Source: an uncultured virus (IMG/VR IMGVR_UViG_3300023108_002122) (lineage: Duplodnaviria; Heunggongvirae; Uroviricota; Caudoviricetes). Taken from it: DNA of 64,000 nt. The DNA lies in IMG/VR virus record IMGVR_UViG_3300023108_002122. One strand, 5' to 3'. The notes under the pieces are model-generated. The model saw only the letters and a program-made list of their open reading frames with translations. It was not told the DNA's origin and ran no database searches. Below are positions 57,525 through 64,000 of this stretch, piece by piece. Numbering within the stretch: position 1 is the first letter of the stretch; every line of letters starts with the position of its first letter. The position numbers and the translations under genes are program-made.

Positions 57525-58912
57525 TGGCTGACACATCATTTAATCCGTCTGAAGCCGAAATAATTTCTATTAAAATTACTTCATATGATGGATCAAAAAC
57601 AGAAGATTTATCAACAAACTTTTATTATGAGTTTGGCGTAAAACAGAGCATAGATTCTCCTGCTTGGCAAGGTTATATCAAAGTTATTGATGCTATTGGT
57701 TTTTTAGAAAAGTTTCCATTAAGAGCAGAAGAAAAAATGGAATTAAAATTAATTGCTTCTGATTTAAATACGGAAATTAATTTATATACAAATATAATAA
57801 AAGTAACAGATATTCAACCGCTTCAAAGTAATAATGGATCATCATATACAATTCATTTTGTATCTGAAGAAACATTTAAAGGTGGTACAAGATCAGTATC
57901 TAAAGCATATGATTTACAAACAAGTGATACTGTAAGAGAAGTATTTAATACATATTATTCTAATATTCCTACAAAAGAAAATGCATCAACACAAGATTCA
58001 GTACATGATAGAGTATTACCGTTTGGTGCAAGAAGATATTTAATAACAGAAACACAAAAAAGAAAACAACAAAGAAATCTTTTTATACAAGATACTGCAT
58101 CTCGTTCTAGATTAGTAATACCGCGTTTAACTCCTGCAGAAACAATGCAAATGTTAGGAGCTAGATCATATAATCCAGAAACTCCTTCTTGTACTTTTAG
58201 ATTTTTTGAAACTTTAGAAAATTATTATTTTTGTACAGATGAATTCTTAGTAAAAGATATCGAAAATGATCATGTTATACAATTGTATTACAGCCCAACG
58301 GCAAGTGTAGATCCTAAAGCACCTTTAGATCAAATTAATAGAATAGAATCATTACATATCGCTCAAAAAAGTATTGATTTAGAAAAAGATGTTTTTTCTG
58401 GCTCATACAGAAGTGAAGTAACTGAATTAGATTTTGTGAGAAAGAAAGCAAATATAAGAAATTTCAATTATGATACTGATGGTAAATATATGGATATGAA
58501 AGGTGATATTAGAAGCCTGGATGATAATCCTCATACAGAAGAATTTCGTAATGATATATTCACAAAAGAAAATGCAAGATCATTTATGATCTTTAAAGAT
58601 TATCAATCTAGTGGTGATCTAAGTTCTAATATACATAGAAATAGATTTCTATCTGAAATAATTCAGAATAGAGTATCTTATCTTTCTCATTTAAATAATA
58701 CACAAGTTGAAGTATCTTTAAAAGGTAGATTAGATATTAGACCTGGTTATATTGTAAATTTAAATATACCAGAATTATCTACTGGCACTTTAAATAACGA
58801 AACATTATCAGGTAGATATTTAATAAAAAGTACTTCACATGTAATTAGTGAGGGTGTTTTAGAAACAAGTTTACAACTTTCTAAATTTGATTGGAATAGA
58901 GGCGATGTTTGA
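57524..58912 (+). CDS. Baseplate hub protein (gp27-like)
   Basis: Between gp53 and gp5; FFET...YYF, IRPG.IVNL, LSGRYLI....H. Confidence 0.65.
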   Translation: MADTSFNPSEAEIISIKITSYDGSKTEDLSTNFYYEFGVKQSIDSPAWQGYIKVIDAIGFLEKFPLRAEEKMELKLIASDLNTEINLYTNIIKVTDIQPLQSNNGSSYTIHFVSEETFKGGTRSVSKAYDLQTSDTVREVFNTYYSNIPTKENASTQDSVHDRVLPFGARRYLITETQKRKQQRNLFIQDTASRSRLVIPRLTPAETMQMLGARSYNPETPSCTFRFFETLENYYFCTDEFLVKDIENDHVIQLYYSPTASVDPKAPLDQINRIESLHIAQKSIDLEKDVFSGSYRSEVTELDFVRKKANIRNFNYDTDGKYMDMKGDIRSLDDNPHTEEFRNDIFTKENARSFMIFKDYQSSGDLSSNIHRNRFLSEIIQNRVSYLSHLNNTQVEVSLKGRLDIRPGYIVNLNIPELSTGTLNNETLSGRYLIKSTSHVISEGVLETSLQLSKFDWNRGDV

Positions 58913-61031
58913 TTTTGGTGTAGGTCTTAAAGATCCGGTATTTTTTGTAGGAGTGGTCGAAAATAATATCGATCCTCGCAAAGAAGGACGCGTGCAAGTA
59001 AGAGCCTTTGGTGTGCACGGAACTAACTCTGATGTCCCTACAGATATGCTTCCTTGGGCTATTGTTGTGCAAGGTGACTATAACCCTAACAATATTCCAA
59101 AGATAAACAGCTGGGTGTTTGGTGTGTTCTTAGATAGTAGAGATGCACAACAACCAATGGTACTTGGATTAATTCCAACTCAAATGACAGAACCATTAAC
59201 ACCTGATTCAATTAAAAAACAAGGATGGGGTGTAATACCAGATAGAGATAGTAAACTCTTAGCACAAGGATCTGAGCCAGAAAGTTTTGGACAACCTCAA
59301 AATTCAAGACTTGCTCGTGGTGAAAAGATTGAGGAAACAAAAGTCTTTCAACAAGAAATGGCTAGAAAGAAAAACGTTAAAGTCGGAGGTAAAGATGAAA
59401 CGTGGGATGAGCCTGGCACTGCTTATAATGCTGAGTATCCCTTCAATAAAGTAATAGAAACCGGAGCGCATACTATTGAACTAGACGACACTCCAGGTGC
59501 CGAAAGGATTATGATCCATCACGGTTCCGGTTCCTTTGTGCAAATTGATACTAGAGGTACTGTTACAGAAAAAGCAGTATCAGATAAATTTGAAGTGATG
59601 GACCGTAAACAACACGTAGTTGTTGGCGGGATGAGCACAGTAACCATTGAAGGTAATAGTTATGTTTACGTGAAAGGAAATAAAATAGAAGAAATCGAAG
59701 GAGATTTACAAACATTAGTTCACGGTAATCATATGTTATCAGTAGGTGGACAAAGCACGATTAATGCTTCTGATCAAGCTCAAATGAGAGGAGCTGATGT
59801 TAAGATAGAAGCCAACGTAGGTACAATGGCAATTAATGCTAATAAAGAAATGCAAATCCAAGCTGGTAAGTTTGGTAATCCATATGGAGCACTTTCAATT
59901 AAGTCAGAAAAAATTCTTGTGGATGCTACAGATAAATTACATTTAAGAGGTAATACACAAGTTAATGTACAATCTGTTGCAGAAATGAATTTCTCGGCAC
60001 TTACAATTAATCAACTTTCAGCGACTTGGTCAGCACAAGCTTCATTAACAACTACAATATCTAGTGCACTTACTACAGATATTACTGGAGGCATTGATGT
60101 TGCTATTGGAGGTGGAGTACAAACAAATATTAATTCTCCAATTGTAAATATTGATAACTTTGTTAACTTAGCTGGTGGATTAGCACGACCTGCTATACCT
60201 TCATTAGTAGCAGCTAAATTCACAATTCCGCCAATACCAAGTAAAGCATTTATTCCAACATCACCTATTCCTGAAATTGCTTGGGGAGCCGCTACAGTAT
60301 TTGCACCTGAACCAGTTAATAAATCAACTGCTCTTATTACAGCAGATTTAGGTTCGATGGGTAGTACTGGTTACAATTCTATAGATCATAAAGGTGAAAC
60401 TCGTACATTATACGCAAGTAATGTGATTGCTTCTGTTTCTGCTGGAGCAGCTGCACCATTATTAGACTTTATTGGTGATTTAGAAAGTAACGGATATGAT
60501 GATATTTCTGGATTAGTTTCCAAATCAAGATATCCGGCCAAGAAGCTTACTGATATGACTATTCAAGAAGTACTTGATTGGCAAGAAAGTATTGATAGTA
60601 AACAAAGCTCAGAGGCTGCTGGTCGTTATCAAATTATGGAAGATACTTTACGAGGTTATAATAATGATAATAATAATGGTCCAGGAAGACCATTATATAA
60701 GAGAGCCGGCTTAAGTGCAAGTGATAAGTTTAGTGCTGCAAACCAAGATAAATTAGCAATTGCATTATTAAAAACAAGAGGATTAGATTCATACTTAAAA
60801 GGTAAAATTAGTAGAGAAAAATTTGCTTATAACCTAGCATGTGAATGGGCTTCATTACCATTAGTTACTGGACCTAATGCTGGTAAGAGTAGATATGATA
60901 GTAATACGAATAAATCTTTAACTAAAGTAAAAGACTTTTTACAAGTATTAGATAAAGTTAAATCTAGTTATTCTATTAAAGAAGGTACTGCATTAGCTCA
61001 AACTATAACGCCTGGAGGTAACATCGCATGA
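58905..61031 (+). CDS. gp5: Baseplate spike gp5 with C-terminal lysozyme-like domain
   Basis: FVGVVENNIDP...GRVQVR..G.H OB-fold; YPFNKV..H.IELDDTPGAERI; beta-helix repeats; ES..Y, AAGRYQ, EWASLP. Confidence 0.88.
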   Translation: MFDFGVGLKDPVFFVGVVENNIDPRKEGRVQVRAFGVHGTNSDVPTDMLPWAIVVQGDYNPNNIPKINSWVFGVFLDSRDAQQPMVLGLIPTQMTEPLTPDSIKKQGWGVIPDRDSKLLAQGSEPESFGQPQNSRLARGEKIEETKVFQQEMARKKNVKVGGKDETWDEPGTAYNAEYPFNKVIETGAHTIELDDTPGAERIMIHHGSGSFVQIDTRGTVTEKAVSDKFEVMDRKQHVVVGGMSTVTIEGNSYVYVKGNKIEEIEGDLQTLVHGNHMLSVGGQSTINASDQAQMRGADVKIEANVGTMAINANKEMQIQAGKFGNPYGALSIKSEKILVDATDKLHLRGNTQVNVQSVAEMNFSALTINQLSATWSAQASLTTTISSALTTDITGGIDVAIGGGVQTNINSPIVNIDNFVNLAGGLARPAIPSLVAAKFTIPPIPSKAFIPTSPIPEIAWGAATVFAPEPVNKSTALITADLGSMGSTGYNSIDHKGETRTLYASNVIASVSAGAAAPLLDFIGDLESNGYDDISGLVSKSRYPAKKLTDMTIQEVLDWQESIDSKQSSEAAGRYQIMEDTLRGYNNDNNNGPGRPLYKRAGLSASDKFSAANQDKLAIALLKTRGLDSYLKGKISREKFAYNLACEWASLPLVTGPNAGKSRYDSNTNKSLTKVKDFLQVLDKVKSSYSIKEGTALAQTITPGGNIA

Positions 61032-62671
61032 TTCCACATTTAGATCCTTGCTTAACTCCATCATCAGCTGCAATAAATATTAGCTCCGGAATACTAACGA
61101 ATAATAACGGAGAATATACAAAAGATCAAATTGCAGTATTTGAAAAAGAATTTAAAGATTCAATTGTAAGAGAAGTAGAAACTAATCCATTATCTAAAAT
61201 GGTTAAAGAATATGGAAATGATTTTTATGACGTTCATAATTATTTAAATCAAGCTCTAAAAAATAATAAAGATAAATTAAATAATTTTGGTGCTCTTAGT
61301 GAAAGAACAGATGGCGGAAAAAGTCCAGCAATAACTCCAGCAGAAACTGCTGCAATGATGGATGATTATGGATTTACTGTTAACACTCTTACAAAAGCAA
61401 TTAATGAAAGATTTGATGGTGTATTAACTCAATTAGATGGATATTATAGAGATAGTTTTTCATCTAGTATTATGGGCGGATTTTGTGGATTATTCCAAAG
61501 CGCATTTGTATTAATTAATGGCTTCTTTAATTTAGTAGGACAAGTTCAAGGTTTAATAAGTGATGCAATATCTTTTGTAAATAAAATTAAAAATATTGAA
61601 GATGCGGCTAAAGCATTCTTTGAGCAATTAAAAGTTAAAGCATTAATTGAAGCAATTAAAAAGAAAATTGTTGATACTGTTGAAGGTGTTATTAAGAGCG
61701 TTGTTTCCGCGATTGAGAATTTTGATATAGGTGAAGTTGTTAATGATATTGGAGTTTTTATTCAAGAAAATATTATTAATAGAGTTGAAGATATTAAAAA
61801 TGGTATTGTAGAATTTTTTAGTGATGAAAATATAGAAGGTATTAAAAACAAAATCACTGGATTATTTGATTACGCAGTAGGATTATTTGAAAATCCTTCT
61901 TTAGAAGAAATTCAATTTTTAATTTTGAGAATTTGTGGATTTGCAGCAGGTGTCGAAGGATTAATTAAAGGAACAAGAGCACCATTAGACGATTTCCAAA
62001 ATAGATATAGAGAAGTTTTTAACAATTTACAAAATGCTTCTAATAGAATTGAAGGTGAATCTATTAGAGCTGGTGCAATAAGATTTTCTGAGCCAAGACG
62101 TAAAGAGGTAATAAATAATACTAAGGAAGAGTGGGCAAATATAGATCCTGATTATCAGTATCAAATAACAGAAACTACTCAAACGACTACTGAAGATGAT
62201 GGTGAAATACCAGTATCTAAATATGATGGTTTAGTAGAACAAATGAAGTCTCTTCCTAAATGGAAAGATTTGAAAAACGGAAAAGATTCTAGATTTAAAG
62301 TAGAAGGTGATTGGGTTAAAGATCTTGGTGCTGACGGTTGGAATAGAATACTAGATAAAGTTAAACTTCAATTACAAAGTTTACAAAAATCTGCTAAAGA
62401 AGCAGGAATTACAGATCAATTAATTATTATGAGTGGCTGGAGAAGCCAAGAATATAATAAGAAGCAAGTTGAACAAGATCCTGGAACTGGATCACACAGC
62501 TTTGGATTAGCTGTTGATGTTACTTGGGATGATTTTTATGCTCGAGCAGATAAAACGGATGAGTTTGCCGAATTGGCAAAAAAGGCAGGATTTAGAAATA
62601 TAGGAATGAGAGATAAGTTTATACATCTTGGTATGGGACAAACTAATTATTGGGATGTAAGAACACAATAG
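61028..62671 (+). CDS. Helical protein with C-terminal peptidase M15A domain
   Basis: SGWRS..YN..GSHSFGLAVD..FIHLG. Confidence 0.7.
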   Translation: MIPHLDPCLTPSSAAINISSGILTNNNGEYTKDQIAVFEKEFKDSIVREVETNPLSKMVKEYGNDFYDVHNYLNQALKNNKDKLNNFGALSERTDGGKSPAITPAETAAMMDDYGFTVNTLTKAINERFDGVLTQLDGYYRDSFSSSIMGGFCGLFQSAFVLINGFFNLVGQVQGLISDAISFVNKIKNIEDAAKAFFEQLKVKALIEAIKKKIVDTVEGVIKSVVSAIENFDIGEVVNDIGVFIQENIINRVEDIKNGIVEFFSDENIEGIKNKITGLFDYAVGLFENPSLEEIQFLILRICGFAAGVEGLIKGTRAPLDDFQNRYREVFNNLQNASNRIEGESIRAGAIRFSEPRRKEVINNTKEEWANIDPDYQYQITETTQTTTEDDGEIPVSKYDGLVEQMKSLPKWKDLKNGKDSRFKVEGDWVKDLGADGWNRILDKVKLQLQSLQKSAKEAGITDQLIIMSGWRSQEYNKKQVEQDPGTGSHSFGLAVDVTWDDFYARADKTDEFAELAKKAGFRNIGMRDKFIHLGMGQTNYWDVRTQ

Positions 62672-62680
62672 GAAAAATAA

Positions 62681-63097
62681 ATGTCACAAACTTTATTTAC
62701 AGGTAATACAAAAAAGATAACAATCTATCAAGATTTTAAAAAGAATCTTGAAAAAAGTCCTGTCTCTGCAGATCTTACGGTAAATAAAGATGAAGAAGCT
62801 GTAAAAGAATCAATCAAAAATCTTATTCTTACCGATAGAGGTGAAAGATTAATGCAACCAAATTTAGGTGCAAGTATTAGAGGTTTATTATTTGAAAATA
62901 TTACTCCTGCAACTCTTAAATTAATTCAAGATAGAGTTGAAGAAACAATCAATTTATACGAACCAAGAGCAGAGCTTATTGATGTTGTCGCAGAATCAAA
63001 CATCGATGACAATATAGTACGTGTTAAAATTGTATTTTACATATCTAACATTCAACAGCCTATAACAGTGGATGTATTTTTAGAGAGGACGCGATAA
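62681..63097 (+). CDS. gp25: Baseplate wedge subunit
   Basis: AVKESIKNLILT..GER...P.LG..I..LLFE, YEPR. Confidence 0.92.
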   Translation: MSQTLFTGNTKKITIYQDFKKNLEKSPVSADLTVNKDEEAVKESIKNLILTDRGERLMQPNLGASIRGLLFENITPATLKLIQDRVEETINLYEPRAELIDVVAESNIDDNIVRVKIVFYISNIQQPITVDVFLERTR

Positions 63098-64000
63098 ATG
63101 GCTAAACTAAATATTTCAGAATTAGATTTTGAAACGATTAAATCAAACTTTAAAACATATTTAAAAGATCAGACTCAATTTAAAGATTATAACTTTGAAG
63201 GATCTAATATGTCTGTATTTTTGGATGTATTAGCTTATAATACATTTCAAAATAACTTTTATACCAATATGGCAGTCAATGAAATGTTCCTTGATTCAGC
63301 CGTACTAAAAAATTCTATTGTATCACATGCGAAAGAATTAAATTATCTACCGCGTTCTAGAAGATCAGCTCGTGCTGTTGTTAATGTAACTATTACAGAC
63401 ACAACTGTATCAGGACAAACGGTAACTATTCCTGCTTATTCAGCGTTTACAACAAGCTTTAAAGGTACAAATTATAACTTTATTAATGCAGAAACATATA
63501 TCGCTCGTAAAACTGCGCCAGGTACTTTTGTTGCAAGTAATGTAGAAATTTTTGAAGGAGAAATGCTTTCTAGTTTTGAAAGAGAAGGTTTCTTTATAGA
63601 TGATGATGGTATTTTAAGAGTTATTCTTTCTAACGAAAATGCTGATACTGATTCTATCGAAGTGTTTATCGATGCTGAAGCAACAGATAATGAAAATGTT
63701 TTCATTCGTAAAAATGATGTTTTTGGTGTAGGTCCAACAGATAAAGTATTTTATGTAGAACCATTTTATGATGGAAGATATTCTATTTATTTTGGTAATA
63801 ATATATTTGGTCTACAACCTGCTGAGTATGAAGATGTACGTGTAAGATATCGTATTACTTCTGGTCCTGAAGCAAACGGTGCATATACTTTTTCATTAGA
63901 AACAACATCATCAAATTCAGAAGCAACAGTTCAAACAGTTGAAGCAGCAGCCGGCGGAGCTGAAAGAGAAACTCAAGAAAGTATTAGATATTTTGCTCCA
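63098..64000 (+). CDS. gp6: Baseplate wedge subunit (partial, runs off right edge; not in ORF track)
   Basis: Hand translation MAKLNISELDFETIKSNFKTYLKDQTQFKDYNFEGSNMSVFLDVLAYNT..NEMFLDSA. Confidence 0.92.
   Translation, partial: MAKLNISELDFETIKSNFKTYLKDQTQFKDYNFEGSNMSVFLDVLAYNTFQNNFYTNMAVNEMFLDSAVLKNSIVSHAKELNYLPRSRRSARAVVNVTITDTTVSGQTVTIPAYSAFTTSFKGTNYNFINAETYIARKTAPGTFVASNVEIFEGEMLSSFEREGFFIDDDGILRVILSNENADTDSIEVFIDAEATDNENVFIRKNDVFGVGPTDKVFYVEPFYDGRYSIYFGNNIFGLQPAEYEDVRVRYRITSGPEANGAYTFSLETTSSNSEATVQTVEAAAGGAERETQESIRYFAP

Overview
AT-rich segment of a large T4-like myovirus genome. Marine origin and a gammaproteobacterial sulfur-oxidiser (SUP05-like) host are inferred, not shown. 1-23 kb is accessory: a tailoring-enzyme cluster (pentapeptide, GNAT, Asn-synthetase-like, glycosyltransferases, MTase, radical SAM), an ArfA-like mini-ORF, a porin, GroES, a late operon of secreted proteins including a pilin-like/chaperone-like pair, a lipase, TusE/DsrC, GalE and three tRNAs. 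23.6-36 kb is the T4 core (gp52, gp39/60, gp3, uvsY, uvsW, gp55, gcvH insert, gp47, gp46, gp43). 36.8-39 kb holds small early ORFs behind a conserved 38-bp promoter. 39-47 kb is a putative cytosine-hypermodification cluster (gp42-type dCMP hydroxymethylase, BGT-like GT-B, UDP-galactopyranose mutase, atypical C5-MTase, candidate PD-(D/E)xK nuclease). 47-51 kb carries clamp/loader, regA, dUTPase and hsp20 with a ROSE-like leader. 51-64 kb is tail/baseplate. Best leads: possible galactofuranosyl-type DNA modification, a phage-encoded chaperone-usher-like fibre operon, and a lambda G/GT-like -1 frameshift joining gp26 to gp51. All calls come from reading motifs by eye; no searches were run.
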